Shown: positions 1-13,256, counted from the whole stretch's first letter. The stretch: 63,819 bases of DNA, filler included, from Lama guanicoe (GCA_013239625.1; 148 parts of 148 records of this genome joined end to end with filler, not necessarily neighbours in it); one strand, 5' to 3'. The notes: generated by a model from the letters alone, not told the origin. Numbers and translations: made by a program.

Positions 1-331
1 CACACAACACACACAACACACACATACACTTATGCTCATACTTATTTCTATACCCATCTACATACATCTGCATTTAAATAATCATATATAAATATAAATA
101 TGGATATATTTAAAATGTAAATGTTATATATATGTAATATATAAAATTATATATGTAAAGCCTGCCATTATAGCAATGTCTTCATTCTAACCCAATATGT
201 CAGGTTCATTCTAATGTTTTCTTTTCCCATTTCGTAACTCCCCAGTTCAACACCGAGGAATTTGGTTCCTATTATCCACAATCTGCCAGCTTTTACTGCC
301 CTGGGCTTCAGCTGCACCAGGCCCTCTCTTC

Positions 332-431
332 NNNNNNNNNNNNNNNNNNNNNNNNNNNNNNNNNNNNNNNNNNNNTTAATTAATTAANNNNNNNNNNNNN
401 NNNNNNNNNNNNNNNNNNNNNNNNNNNNNNN
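332..431. other. Artificial 100-bp contig-joining linker (N44-TTAATTAATTAA-N44); first of ~147 identical copies spaced every ~431-434 bp
   Basis: Identical palindromic 12-mer centred in 88 N at every junction; gives TAA in all six frames; flanking segments are unrelated and length-sorted. Confidence 0.99.
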
Positions 432-762
432 TATGTTAATATCAGACAAAATATATTTTAAAGTAAAAAACTATTACTAGAGATTAAGAGGGTTATTACA
501 AGATAATACAAAGTTCAACTTACCAAGGAGATGTAACAATTTAAGGTTGATATGTACTTAAGAAAGTAATCTCAAAATATATAAAACTCAAAACTACAGA
601 TATGCAAAGACCAAAATATCAATGGAAGGATTTAACACAAGTCTCTCAGGAATAGATAGAAAAAGCAGTCAAAAGCAGTTAAATTCAGTGAAGAAATAGA
701 CAATTTGATCAATATAGCTATTAACACATTTGACCTAATGACACACCTACAACTTGCACCCA
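432..762 (+). mobile_element. Old LINE-1 ORF2 endonuclease-region fragment
   Basis: A-rich, atatcagacaaaatatattttaaag...agagggttattacaagataat resembles L1 ORF2 5' consensus; decayed. Confidence 0.8.
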
Positions 763-1293
763 NNNNNNNNNNNNNNNNNNNNNNNNNNNNNNNNNNNNNN
801 NNNNNNTTAATTAATTAANNNNNNNNNNNNNNNNNNNNNNNNNNNNNNNNNNNNNNNNNNNNAAGTGACAGAGTGACAAGCTCGTGTCATCAGAAGGCTT
901 AGTTTAGCTCTAATCCTCTTGGTCCAGTCGTGTCCGTGCTGCCACGCAGGGTTCTGCAGCGGCTGCACTTACCGTGAGATGGGAGGGCGTAGAGGGAGAT
1001 TGTAGCGCCCGAGGGCAGGATGGGGTTGCTTTAAAAGCAGACCTGTAGCCACCTGCGGCTGGAGACCTGCAGGCAATTTGCTTTACGGTCATGGAGAGGA
1101 CTTTGGAGGCCTTAGCATTGTCTTAAGACTTGCTTTCCCTTGGGGACCGGATTTGATTTTGCAGATTAATGTTGAAGATGTGGGCTTCTGGCANNNNNNN
1201 NNNNNNNNNNNNNNNNNNNNNNNNNNNNNNNNNNNNNTTAATTAATTAANNNNNNNNNNNNNNNNNNNNNNNNNNNNNNNNNNNNNNNNNNNN

Positions 1294-1450
1294 TATAGCA
1301 CAGGGAACTAGATTCAATACCTTGTAATAACCTATAATGAAAAAGAATCTGAAAACCAGTCTATGTGTGTATAAGTATGACTGAACCATTATGTTGTATA
1401 CCAGAAACTGACACATTGTAAGGGACTATACTTCAATAAAAATAATTTTA
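1294..1450 (+). mobile_element. Lineage-specific L1 3' UTR end with AATAAA and A-rich tail, followed by an older L1 ORF2 fragment (to 1623)
   Basis: tatagcacagggaact...ccagaaactgacacattgtaa...tatacttcaataaa; the same motif recurs in several other contigs. Confidence 0.85.
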
Positions 1451-1723
1451 ATAATTAAAAATTTAAAAATAGATTGAGAGATCATATTCATGAAGAGGAA
1501 GTCTCAATGTTGTACAGACTTCAAGTATTTTCAATTCATCTGTAGGTTTAACACAATTCTAATAAAAATCACAGTAATATTTGAATCAATTTGCCAACTG
1601 GCTCTAAAAATGTATGAAAAGGTNNNNNNNNNNNNNNNNNNNNNNNNNNNNNNNNNNNNNNNNNNNNTTAATTAATTAANNNNNNNNNNNNNNNNNNNNN
1701 NNNNNNNNNNNNNNNNNNNNNNN

Positions 1724-2054
1724 ATTCACCACAATTCTGATGTTCATACACCCTGACCCATCACATTTCCAGGAATCTATCCTACAGAAATAGCAGCATG
1801 ACCACAGAGCTGCTTGTATCAGCAAGAAAACTGGAACGAACTCAAACGCCCATCAGTAAAAAGATATATAAATAAATCATGGCACATCCATACACCACGA
1901 CACTATGCATCCATTTAAAAAGTCAGGTGGCTCCAAATTCCTTGTGAAGACGTTCACTGTATCACGTTGAGAACTAAAAGTGAGCTGCAAAACAAAAGAA
2001 ATAGTACAATCCCAGTTACATGTGTGTACAGACACACACACACACACACACACA
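1724..2054 (+). mobile_element. Old L1 3' region ending in a (CA)n microsatellite
   Basis: ggaatctatcctacagaaata...aaataaatcatggcacatccatac motifs; CA run 2033-2054. Confidence 0.7.
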
Positions 2055-2259
2055 NNNNNNNNNNNNNNNNNNNNNNNNNNNNNNNNNNNNNNNNNNNNTT
2101 AATTAATTAANNNNNNNNNNNNNNNNNNNNNNNNNNNNNNNNNNNNNNNNNNNNGAGGGGTGACAAACTTTCTGAAAAGGGCCAGATAGTAAATATTTCA
2201 GACTTGGCAGGGAACATACATCTGTCAAATATTCCTTTTTTATTTTTTTTACGGTTCTT

Positions 2260-2485
2260 TCTTTAATTGAAGTAGAGTTGAATTACAGTGTTGTGTTAAT
2301 TTCTACTGTGTAGTATAGTGATTCAGATATTCAGATTATATATATTCTTTTTTGTATTCTTTTACATTATGGTTTATTACAAGATTTTGAATATAGTACC
2401 CTTGCTCTGCAGTAGGACCTTGTTGCTTATCTATTATATATATAGTAGTTTGTATCTGCAAATCCCGAACTCCTAATTTATTTCT
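2260..2485 (-). mobile_element. Lineage-specific L1 3' end, inserted after a MER58-like fragment (2155-2215)
   Basis: ttaattgaagtagagttgaattacagtgttgtg...cagtaggaccttgttg is the reverse of the L1 3' UTR seen at 1294. Confidence 0.8.
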
Positions 2486-3194
2486 NNNNNNNNNNNNNNN
2501 NNNNNNNNNNNNNNNNNNNNNNNNNNNNNTTAATTAATTAANNNNNNNNNNNNNNNNNNNNNNNNNNNNNNNNNNNNNNNNNNNNGTGGTTGGGATCTGT
2601 AATTGTAGCCCTGACAGCTCAGTGACCTCTGTAAAGAGTTCCCTAATGGGTCTTTGGGCACTTTCTAAGCTCATTAAGTCAAAGATTTTGTACTTTGCCT
2701 TGTTTATGTTACAAATACACTTAATTTACAGTTCGAAGATCTTATACACAAGAAGACAAGGAAAGCAAATCAATTGCCAATTTAATTTGCATGGCCTCTA
2801 GGTAATCTTTTTTTTTTTAATTTAGATATGGCAGCTACATAATATTTACAAATTGTTCTTACTAGCATTACTTACTGTCACTTTAGCTTCCAGAGGGAGT
2901 TCATTTTAATTATAACNNNNNNNNNNNNNNNNNNNNNNNNNNNNNNNNNNNNNNNNNNNNTTAATTAATTAANNNNNNNNNNNNNNNNNNNNNNNNNNNN
3001 NNNNNNNNNNNNNNNNTTCCTCTTTTTCTTTTCCTACAAGGCCTCAGCCACCACCAAGGTGTTGGCAAAGTACCACATTTTCTGCTGTGAAAGTTACATT
3101 CCATTTTGGGAATATGTGCATCTGAATTTGTGAGTAAATTGCCTTTTTAAAACCAAAGTTTCAAAGTGGCAATTTGCATCTCGGTCGGGCTTTA

Positions 3195-3335
3195 GGATGA
3201 GTCTTGGGTTCTAACCCTGACTCGGTATCATTTGTGATTTTGTGTATCATGTCACCACGCTGAGCTAAGTTTCTTATCTGTAAAATGGGTCAGATTATAT
3301 CTACTATGCTTCATCCATAGCACTGTGATATAAAA
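3195..3335 (+). mobile_element. MIR SINE fragment
   Basis: tgggttctaaccctgactc...gtttcttatctgtaaaatggg MIR core. Confidence 0.75.
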
Positions 3336-3560
3336 CGGAAAAAAAAANNNNNNNNNNNNNNNNNNNNNNNNNNNNNNNNNNNNNNNNNNNNTTAATTAAT
3401 TAANNNNNNNNNNNNNNNNNNNNNNNNNNNNNNNNNNNNNNNNNNNNTAAATGCTACCTGCTATTATGAATCCAGATCGTACAGAAATCATATATATTTA
3501 TTTTTTATCTGAGTGATTTCATCTTGTTCTGGAGCTAAAGAATTACACAAACCCGAATGC

Positions 3561-3778
3561 ATGGCAGGTTGGAATCATACAGGTGTGAAGGAATTCCTTC
3601 TGATAGGTTTAACTGAAAATCCTAATTTGCAGATCCCTCTCTTTGTGCTTTTCATTCTTATTTATTTCATCACTCTGGTAGGTAATTGGGGGATGATCGT
3701 GTTGATCTGGTTAAATACTCAACTTCATAGTCCAATGTACTTCTTCCTTAGCAACCTCTCTTTTTGTGATATCTGTTA
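3561..3778 (+). CDS. Olfactory receptor (class II, family 5/8/9 group), N-terminus to TM2; truncated by contig end
   Basis: [28 protein letters not shown]...[10 protein letters not shown]...[18 protein letters not shown] has the N-glycosylation site, the GN motif and the LHxPMYFFL OR motif; no stop. The likely start is ATG 3561, not the ORF-track start. Confidence 0.95.
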
Positions 3779-3878
3779 NNNNNNNNNNNNNNNNNNNNNN
3801 NNNNNNNNNNNNNNNNNNNNNNTTAATTAATTAANNNNNNNNNNNNNNNNNNNNNNNNNNNNNNNNNNNNNNNNNNNN

Positions 3879-4209
3879 GCAGGTGCATGTTTACCTTATA
3901 AAAAACTGGCAAACTGTTTTCCAAAGTGCTTGCACCATTTTACATTTCTGCCAGCATGTACAAGAGCTCCATTGCTCCACAGCCTCATGAACACTTTGTA
4001 ATTTCGGGTGTTTTAATTTCAGCTCTTCCTGTAGGTAACAAGTCATGTTTCACTAGAGTTTTAATCTGCAGATCCCTAATGACTAATGATGTTGAGCCAA
4101 TTTGCCATTCGGATGTCTTCTTTGGTGAAGTGTCCAAATCTTTTGTTCATTTTTATTTGGATTGTTTATCTTATTATTGTAGCCTTAAGATTCTTTACAC
4201 ATTCTTATG
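3879..4209 (-). mobile_element. Old L1 (L1M-type) 3' region
   Basis: aaactgttttccaaagtg...ttttacatttctgccagc...aatgatgttgagc typical antisense L1 3' sequence. Confidence 0.85.
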
Positions 4210-5299
4210 NNNNNNNNNNNNNNNNNNNNNNNNNNNNNNNNNNNNNNNNNNNNTTAATTAATTAANNNNNNNNNNNNNNNNNNNNNNNNNNNNNNNNNNN
4301 NNNNNNNNNACTGGCTACAGGTTCAGAGGATAAGAAGGATGGTGCCTCTGATGAACTGCTAAATTAAAAAATAAGCTTTGAATTAGATCATGGATTTAAA
4401 GATCTTTAGTATGCACACCACATTTTCCCTGTTTAGCTTTTAGCTTCCACTTATTTCTTTTCACGTTCAATGGTGAGTTTTTAAAAATTTTATTAGTGGA
4501 GAAGATTGGAATGGTTGAGGATGAGGTAGGGAAAGAGCATTGGAGAGTCCCATCTCCTCCTTACTGGTGTATAAACACCACACAGTGGGTCCTCATATTA
4601 AAGGGAATGACTTTCAAAAGGGTGGATGCTTAAGGAAACANNNNNNNNNNNNNNNNNNNNNNNNNNNNNNNNNNNNNNNNNNNNTTAATTAATTAANNNN
4701 NNNNNNNNNNNNNNNNNNNNNNNNNNNNNNNNNNNNNNNNAATAGGACAGTTTGATTATGTAACGGAGCTTCTCTGCCTAAAATAATAATTATAGTAAAT
4801 AAGAGAAAGAAGAAAAAGAGAAAGAGGAGCTAACACAGATAAGATTCGCTATGCTTAAATACTGTTTAAAGAGGTTTGCAGTTCTTAACATGTTTAATCT
4901 TTAAAACAGGTTCTTTTATTATCCCATTTTATAGATAAAAAAGCTGAGACTTACTGAAGCTAAGTGATTTGCACAAAAGGCACGTTAGAATGTGAAATTG
5001 GGATGTCTGACTTCAGAATCTGTGGCTCACTGAAAAACTGGTATTTTCAATGAAACTATGGATTACATTTTNNNNNNNNNNNNNNNNNNNNNNNNNNNNN
5101 NNNNNNNNNNNNNNNTTAATTAATTAANNNNNNNNNNNNNNNNNNNNNNNNNNNNNNNNNNNNNNNNNNNNAATATCTTGCTTGTTAAGATTATCTTTGT
5201 ATCATGACCAGATAGTTGATGAGACCTTGGTCATGCCAGAGAGTTAAAGTTAACAGTGTGATTTAGAGTGAACACCTGCTTTTGGTTTGCATGTTATGT

Positions 5300-5502
5300 G
5301 AGCAATTAATCTACAACAAAGGGGACGAGAATATACAATGAGGAAAAGACAGTCTCTTCAATAAACGGTGTTGGGAAGACTGGACAGCTGCATACAAAAG
5401 AATCAAACTAGTTCCTTCTCACACCATATACAAATATAAACTCAAAATGGATTAAAGACTTAAATATAAGACCTGAAACCATAAACCTTCTAAAAGAAAA
5501 CA
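5300..5502 (+). mobile_element. L1 ORF2 C-terminal fragment
   Basis: aaaagacagtctcttcaataaacggtgttggg...aactcaaaatggattaaagacttaaatataagacctgaaacc (KDSLFNKxCW...NSKWIKDLN). Confidence 0.92.
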
Positions 5503-5639
5503 NNNNNNNNNNNNNNNNNNNNNNNNNNNNNNNNNNNNNNNNNNNNTTAATTAATTAANNNNNNNNNNNNNNNNNNNNNNNNNNNNNNNNNNNNNNNNNN
5601 NNGGCCTGCGTAGATGATGTGGCCTCTGGGTATTACACT

Positions 5640-5933
5640 GGCTTGGGGACAAGAGGTGGGCTCAGGGAGATGACACGTGCTGAGGGAGATGACATGGGCT
5701 TTGGGAGATGAAGCAACTTTAGGAGATGATTCGAGCTTGGGAGATGATTCGGGCTTGTGGAAATGATGCGGGCTTGGGGAGATGGTGTGGGCTCAGGGAA
5801 ATTTGGGCTTTGAGAGATGATGCGGGCTGTGGCAGATGACTCGGGCTTGGGGTGATGACGTGGTCTCGTGGACATGACGTTGGTTCAGGGAGATGATACG
5901 GCCTGGGGAGATGATGTGGGCCAGGGAGATGAT
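5640..5933 (+). repeat. G-rich minisatellite, ~18-19-bp unit (consensus ~GGGCTYRGGGAGATGAYRY), ~16 diverged copies
   Basis: Repeated ggg(c)t..gggagatga units read directly; the array runs off the contig end. Confidence 0.9.
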
Positions 5934-8269
5934 NNNNNNNNNNNNNNNNNNNNNNNNNNNNNNNNNNNNNNNNNNNNTTAATTAATTAANNNNNNNNNNN
6001 NNNNNNNNNNNNNNNNNNNNNNNNNNNNNNNNNATAGGGCACTCACCCTTCGGTTATCCATGTCAAAACATTCCTTTATCTCAGGAGGAAATGGCCATGC
6101 CCACTGCACAGCTCTTCCTTCAGGGTCAGTAACAATGGCTCTGACATTCTTTGGCACCTTTAAATCCTATCATTCTTTAGAGCACAGGACACTGCATTCT
6201 TCTTGGTCCCAAGTCTGTTTTATACCTCCTGTGACTATGAATCTGTACTACTCCTTCTCCTCCCCATGATGGATGTACATCCTTCTTGATCTTGGCTTTG
6301 ATTCCCCCTCTATTTTCTCAAAAACCCCTTCTTTTTAACATTCATACCTGGCATCTTCTTTCGTNNNNNNNNNNNNNNNNNNNNNNNNNNNNNNNNNNNN
6401 NNNNNNNNTTAATTAATTAANNNNNNNNNNNNNNNNNNNNNNNNNNNNNNNNNNNNNNNNNNNNTATATATATATATATATATCCCACCATTTTATCCAC
6501 ATTTCATTTGTTTGTTCTCAATGTCAGGACTTTTTTATGCCAGTGTGTCCAGCTATGCATCCTGAGTTCTTTAGGATGAGAGGGCACAGCTGCCTGGTGG
6601 GCAAGCTCATTTGAGCAGGGGTGTGAGGCTATGACAATCATGAAGCAGCAGAGGAAAGTATTCCAAGCAGGATGAGAGGGCCGGAGATGGGCAGGAAACA
6701 CACTTCTCACTTGGAAATGCTGACCTGCTTCTAATAAAGGGAAAGACAGATTGAAAGAGAAGGAGCTGACTGGCAAGTCTTCAGTAGGGCAGGAGNNNNN
6801 NNNNNNNNNNNNNNNNNNNNNNNNNNNNNNNNNNNNNNNTTAATTAATTAANNNNNNNNNNNNNNNNNNNNNNNNNNNNNNNNNNNNNNNNNNNNAAACT
6901 GTGTTATCATGGTATATTTCTATCTCCCCTGAATATTTTCTGTGATCATAATATGCAAACAGTTGTGTACAGACTGAAGTTGAAATTTGGGGAATTTAAA
7001 TACTTTTAGTAAGATTTGAGTTCTAAAATTCTTTTCCTGTGGCAACACTTTATGAAATATGTGCCTAATAAAAATGTGTAGATGACTCTTAGATAAAAAG
7101 TAAAAACTTTCCTGTGTTCTCAAAACACTTTACATTTCCCCCCAAGAATTACTGTTTTGTTATTGGTAGAATTAACTATTATGGAGCTTTCTAGACTGTG
7201 CACTTTCTGATTAGCCACAATAATATNNNNNNNNNNNNNNNNNNNNNNNNNNNNNNNNNNNNNNNNNNNNTTAATTAATTAANNNNNNNNNNNNNNNNNN
7301 NNNNNNNNNNNNNNNNNNNNNNNNNNGGTTTTTTCTGTGTTATTATAAATTGTATATTGCTGTTTTGTATACATATATTTTTAATTTATGTAAATGATAC
7401 TGTGTAATAAGTCACATTCTGCTTCATACGTTTTTCACTCAGTGTCATGTTTGGAAGATCCATTTATGTTGCATGTTGCCTCTAGTCTGTGTCTTCTAAC
7501 TGCTGTGTAGTAGTATCTGGTGCATCTGTCACCTTTTGAAACATCATCCCCTGAGGAGTGGACCCCCAGGCTAGCCTGGCTCCTGCTCCCCAGCACCACA
7601 AACAATAAACATCCCATTACTGGGAACTTATCTGAGCATTGCTTTGCAATAGATATCNNNNNNNNNNNNNNNNNNNNNNNNNNNNNNNNNNNNNNNNNNN
7701 NTTAATTAATTAANNNNNNNNNNNNNNNNNNNNNNNNNNNNNNNNNNNNNNNNNNNNTAGAGGTAGTGGTTACACAACATTATAAATGTATTAAATGCTA
7801 CAGAGTTGGATACCTTAAAATGGTTCATTTTAATGTGATGTGAACTTTACTTCAGTGAAAATTATTTTAAAAGGAAGGAAGGGAGGGAGGAAGGAAGAAA
7901 AGAAACTGTCTCACACCCCTGTGCCTGGCTGGAGTCACATTCGTGACCTGAGGTCAGCCCAGGCCCTGACACCAGCTTTAAACGGGGAGGTAAATACTGA
8001 TGCATGAACTCCGTAAAGAGTGAGAAAACCCCAGTAAAAGCCAGCACGACACCAGTGGTTCTTAAAGTGGGGGTCCCTCCATCAGCAGNNNNNNNNNNNN
8101 NNNNNNNNNNNNNNNNNNNNNNNNNNNNNNNNTTAATTAATTAANNNNNNNNNNNNNNNNNNNNNNNNNNNNNNNNNNNNNNNNNNNNTGATTCCAAACT
8201 GCGGCCGAAACAGTACTGCCAGGGAAGGAAAAGAAGAAAAGGTGTCACGTGTTCCCCTAAAAGGTGTCA

Positions 8270-8510
8270 CTGCCCCTAAAACTTGGAGAAACAGACAGAT
8301 GAATACAGAGAATCACAGCATACCCCCTGGCAGAAACCTCTGTGGGAAGAAGTTTCAGGATAGGAAAACTTGAACTACTGTTGATGAAGCGCTAGCAGCT
8401 TGGAGTGGGTAAGTCTGAGAGTTAAAAATCCCAGGGGACGCAGTCCTAGGAGGGGTCCCAAAACTTTTGCAAGTTTTAGCTCCACACACTTGACCAGGCT
8501 TGCCCAGAGA
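8270..8510 (+). mobile_element. Probable old L1 (L1MD-like) 5' region
   Basis: gcagaaacctctgtgggaa...ggaaaacttgaact...gtctgagagttaaaaatcccagggg resembles the remembered L1M 5' consensus. Confidence 0.55.
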
Positions 8511-10566
8511 TTTTTTTTTNNNNNNNNNNNNNNNNNNNNNNNNNNNNNNNNNNNNNNNNNNNNTTAATTAATTAANNNNNNNNNNNNNNNNNNNNNNNNN
8601 NNNNNNNNNNNNNNNNNNNGGCGGCAGTCTTTGTTTCAGCCACCATCTCACCATCTCACCATCTCACCAGAGGCCCCAGGCTTGCTGCTGCCTGGGGACC
8701 AAGGCCGGCGTATCCAGCGCTGGCAGTTAGCAGCTTCAGCCTGGGTGTAATATATCTTATCACTTGATCATGATCAGAGCTGGTCCCATGGCCATGCCTA
8801 ACTTCAAGAGGGCAAGAAAGCAAACTCTGCGTACTCAGAGTGGGAGAGGACTGCATAATGTTGCATATTAGTAATGTTCACCACACTCAGTCTTTTACAG
8901 GGTGAAACAGATCTGCTTCACATTTTCTTTTGGCACGAGTCAGGCTATAGNNNNNNNNNNNNNNNNNNNNNNNNNNNNNNNNNNNNNNNNNNNNTTAATT
9001 AATTAANNNNNNNNNNNNNNNNNNNNNNNNNNNNNNNNNNNNNNNNNNNNGAGCTACCATGTAGGAAATCCAACCATGGGAATACGCCATATGACAGGTT
9101 CTGAGATTCCAGGGAGTGAGGAGGGGAGAATCTGAGTCCATCTCTCTGGCCATTTTCCTCCTGTGTCAGTTATGAGAGACCTTACAACCTAGCCCATCTT
9201 TCCACTGAATACTTCCTTGTCACCTCAGTCAGTATGAAGAAGAACAAAGTATATGAGTCAGTGGTCATTATTTTAAATTATGTAGTTTTGAAATACTATT
9301 TGTGTAGCAAGAGATAACTGTATCACTGTGGTAAATAAATTGGATAGAAACTATGTTTACAGATATTTATTTTATACTAATNNNNNNNNNNNNNNNNNNN
9401 NNNNNNNNNNNNNNNNNNNNNNNNNTTAATTAATTAANNNNNNNNNNNNNNNNNNNNNNNNNNNNNNNNNNNNNNNNNNNNATTTGAAGGCCGCACCTAC
9501 CCTTAGCATCTCCATCTATATTAGTGGGAGCCCACCTGGATGCCAAACATACTTTACCACCACCTTCCTTGGAGACACCAAACTAACCACCAAGGAGAGG
9601 TCAGTGTCTGGAGTCTGGGTGTAATGAGATGGAGTGCGAGGAGCCAGGCATCTTCCATTTTCCAGAGTCCACCCAGGTGGACCTACTGGAAGACATTAGC
9701 CCTATTTCCAAAAGGACCAAAGCGTCAATGCAGAATTCCAGGCCGTAGCTGAGAAGAGACAGCACTCAGCTGATCTGCAGGCTGGAAGCAGCCATCCACT
9801 CATAAGCCAAAGNNNNNNNNNNNNNNNNNNNNNNNNNNNNNNNNNNNNNNNNNNNNTTAATTAATTAANNNNNNNNNNNNNNNNNNNNNNNNNNNNNNNN
9901 NNNNNNNNNNNNTTTTTTTTTGCTATTGAGATGAGTTCCATATATATAGTTTGGATATTAACTCCTTAGCAGATAGACAGTTTACAAGTATTTTTTCCTA
10001 TTCCATAGGCTCCCTTTTCATTTTGCTGATGTTTTCTTTTGCTGCAAAAGTTTTTAGTTTGACTCTCTAGTTGAGTGAATTGGTAGTCAAATTAAATTTT
10101 TCGACTGTGCTGGTTGGATGGAAGGTTCTATGTACATCTCTTTCATCAAACTTTTAAAAATTGTGTCAGCCAAAGCTTCTCTAGCCTTAATCATTTTTGC
10201 TTTTCTACCTATTTTCTGAGGGGTATTATAAAAATATCCTCATNNNNNNNNNNNNNNNNNNNNNNNNNNNNNNNNNNNNNNNNNNNNTTAATTAATTAAN
10301 NNNNNNNNNNNNNNNNNNNNNNNNNNNNNNNNNNNNNNNNNNNGTAGTATTCCATTGTATAAATATACCACAACTTCTTTATCCAGTCGTCTATCAACTG
10401 TCCTCACTCTCTTTACTCTACCCACACTGATTTGCTTTCATGTTACCAAATACACACGTTTCTTCTTACCTCAGTCCATTGACTCATGCTATTCACTGTG
10501 TGGAATGGGTCCCCCTCCCTTGACTCCTGAAAACTCACTTATCTTTTATGTCTTAAGTTAAACATT

Positions 10567-10670
10567 GTTTCTTGCAGCAACATGGATGGACCTAGAGATT
10601 ACAAGTGAAGTCAATCAAAGACAAATACCATGTGATATCACTTATATGTGGAATCTAAGAAATGATACAA
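10567..10670 (+). mobile_element. L1 3' UTR fragment next to an L2 remnant (10390-10560)
   Basis: gcagcaacatggatggacctagagatt...agacaaataccatgtgatatcacttatatgtggaatcta. Confidence 0.85.
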
Positions 10671-12582
10671 NNNNNNNNNNNNNNNNNNNNNNNNNNNNNN
10701 NNNNNNNNNNNNNNTTAATTAATTAANNNNNNNNNNNNNNNNNNNNNNNNNNNNNNNNNNNNNNNNNNNNTTTAAAAATTATAATACACTCAAGGTTTAG
10801 CCCGATTTGGGGCTGTTCTATAGGGACCAGCACACTTAACTTTCAGGGGTTTTAGGAGGGTGATTGTGGCTATATTAAATGGCTATTTGAATTTGGGGTT
10901 TGAATATTGGGCACATGGATAGGATAGCATTAAGATGGAAATTTATTTGAGACAAAAATTACATTTTATGGTAAGGAAAAATGAGTTTAATGTTGATTTT
11001 TTCTGACATAGAAATCTTATTTGTGTTTACACACATGTACCCCTGTGGGGGGCTTTCATTCCTTTCAGCGGATCCGGATTTCCATTTGGTGTCATCCTCT
11101 GNNNNNNNNNNNNNNNNNNNNNNNNNNNNNNNNNNNNNNNNNNNNTTAATTAATTAANNNNNNNNNNNNNNNNNNNNNNNNNNNNNNNNNNNNNNNNNNN
11201 NAGCTGGATGCTAACATAAATTTGAACTATAAAACTGAGAGAAATGAATGAATATTCCAGCATTCCTAAACATAAGTATATTCACAACTTAGTTGTGAAA
11301 CTTGGTAACTATGAAAATATCTTTGCATTATATGCCTTGATAACTACACTCCTTTTCCATTTTTCCATGAAAATTTGATGGTGTACACACTCGATTGTGA
11401 CACATTCAACTTGCCCTTTCATCAAAGACTATTCATTTTCATAGCAACCATTGGGATTAGGAACTAGCACCTTACTCTATTACTTTCCTATTTGTGGAGG
11501 AGGGATGGACATAGAAGAAAGCAGATGACGAANNNNNNNNNNNNNNNNNNNNNNNNNNNNNNNNNNNNNNNNNNNNTTAATTAATTAANNNNNNNNNNNN
11601 NNNNNNNNNNNNNNNNNNNNNNNNNNNNNNNNCTAGACCCAAAGTTAGGCCATGGGACCCAAATCAGGGGTCACTAACTGTCACCCACCTTCGCTGATCA
11701 TCCACAGGAAGTGTCTGTCAGACGTTGTTTGGGTCAAATGTTTCTTGCAAGCTACAGTGATCGAATTCTTCTTTTTAGACAATGTCCCTGGCCTTCCGTG
11801 GCATGTCCAAACAGACTGGTAGCCTTGCCTATATGTTAGGTGAAGTGGTATCTCTGTTATCAGTGATCTCAGCCCGAGTCTTCATCTTCCTCATGTTGGC
11901 TTCTCTTAGCTAAGTTGGAATCTGAAAACCAGGAAAGAACCAAGTGTCCCTTTACCTTGCTTGNNNNNNNNNNNNNNNNNNNNNNNNNNNNNNNNNNNNN
12001 NNNNNNNTTAATTAATTAANNNNNNNNNNNNNNNNNNNNNNNNNNNNNNNNNNNNNNNNNNNNCCTTCTTTTCCCTCCCCTCCTCCTCCCCCTCCCCTCT
12101 TTCCCCTCCTGGATGCCAACCACATGACCCAAGCCTCATCTCAATGTTTTAAGAGACTTTACTGTGTTAATAGTAGATTGTGCAGGAACCACCAGGTAGT
12201 TTCCCCTCTGCACCAGACTGCACCCAGGCAATAGCTTTCACGCACCCCGGCTCCATATTCCAACCCCACCTGGAGTGTGTGCTGATGACATGCACACGAA
12301 TGCTAATATTTTTCTCTTACTGAGACCTTACCAGGAAGACCCACATTCCTGCAGCTTCTGGGAAGAGGAGAGATGGGGCTGCAATCTGGCAGGTNNNNNN
12401 NNNNNNNNNNNNNNNNNNNNNNNNNNNNNNNNNNNNNNTTAATTAATTAANNNNNNNNNNNNNNNNNNNNNNNNNNNNNNNNNNNNNNNNNNNNCCTTCG
12501 GACAGAAGAGAAAGAGGGATGTGAGGAGAAGGCTTGCAGGATGGACCATGCATTGCTTTTAAATCATGACAGTTACTTGTGC

Positions 12583-12686
12583 TTTTTTTTAACTTTCTTT
12601 CTTAATGGAGGTACTGGGGCTTGAACCCAGGACGTTGTACATTTTAAGCACATGCGCTACCACTGAGCTATATCCACCCTTCTCCA
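12583..12686 (-). mobile_element. Vic-1-type tRNA-derived SINE (camelid), near full length
   Basis: Reverse strand gggtggatatagctcagtggtagcgcatgtgcttaaaatgtacaacgtcctgggttcaagccccagtacctccattaa has A and B boxes and an A-rich tail; imperfect TSD ttgtgc/gtttt. Confidence 0.85.
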
Positions 12687-12925
12687 CGATATTTGTGTTT
12701 TTAGTGGGCATAATGTGCTGGTAGCAGGTACTATAGCATCAGACACAGTCACCTGCCTCTGATCATTACGTTAATATCTTTCCCCTGAGCTAGAGAGCTA
12801 GATAGTCTAATTTCACAAGTTCAATNNNNNNNNNNNNNNNNNNNNNNNNNNNNNNNNNNNNNNNNNNNNTTAATTAATTAANNNNNNNNNNNNNNNNNNN
12901 NNNNNNNNNNNNNNNNNNNNNNNNN

Positions 12926-13256
12926 TGGGTGTTTTTTGAATGAATAAATGACTTCTTTTACAAGTCCCTTCATATGCAAATAGATGTTAGTTTCTCTAAG
13001 GTAATTCCTATAAGTGGAATTGCTTCAACTCTACTAGGTTAATTGCCAAACAGCCCACCAATTTACATTGTCGTCACAAATATGTAGGGTTTGTGTTTCC
13101 TCAGATCCATATCAATATCTGATATTGTCATATTTTATCTTTGCCAGTCTGATAAATGTTAATGGTATCTCATTTTTAATTTTGCATTTCCTTGATTATT
13201 AGTGAAGTTGAGCATTTTTCCTTAGGCTTTTCTTATGACTTGCCTTTTCATTCCTA
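12926..13256 (-). mobile_element. Old L1 3' region
   Basis: aagtggaattgct...tggtatctcatttttaattttgcatttccttgattattagtgaagttgagcatttt. Confidence 0.8.

Noticed and set aside
376..387. Regularly spaced palindromic TTAATTAATTAA with unique intervening sequences, resembling a CRISPR array or other repeat-spacer system
   Set aside because: Always embedded in exactly 44+44 N; the 'spacers' are length-sorted mammalian contigs; no cas genes. It is a synthetic linker.
910..1092. Minus-strand ORF running into a CG|GTAAGT donor near 973
   Set aside because: Upstream stops in all frames and no recognisable protein; insufficient support.
10771..11010. Strong G/T strand skew suggesting an old NUMT (ATP8-like)
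   Set aside because: Only vague similarity and no convincing mitochondrial peptide or tRNA; would need BLASTn to mtDNA.
12604..12680. tRNA gene
   Set aside because: Degenerate stems, A-rich tail and multiple diverged copies indicate a SINE.
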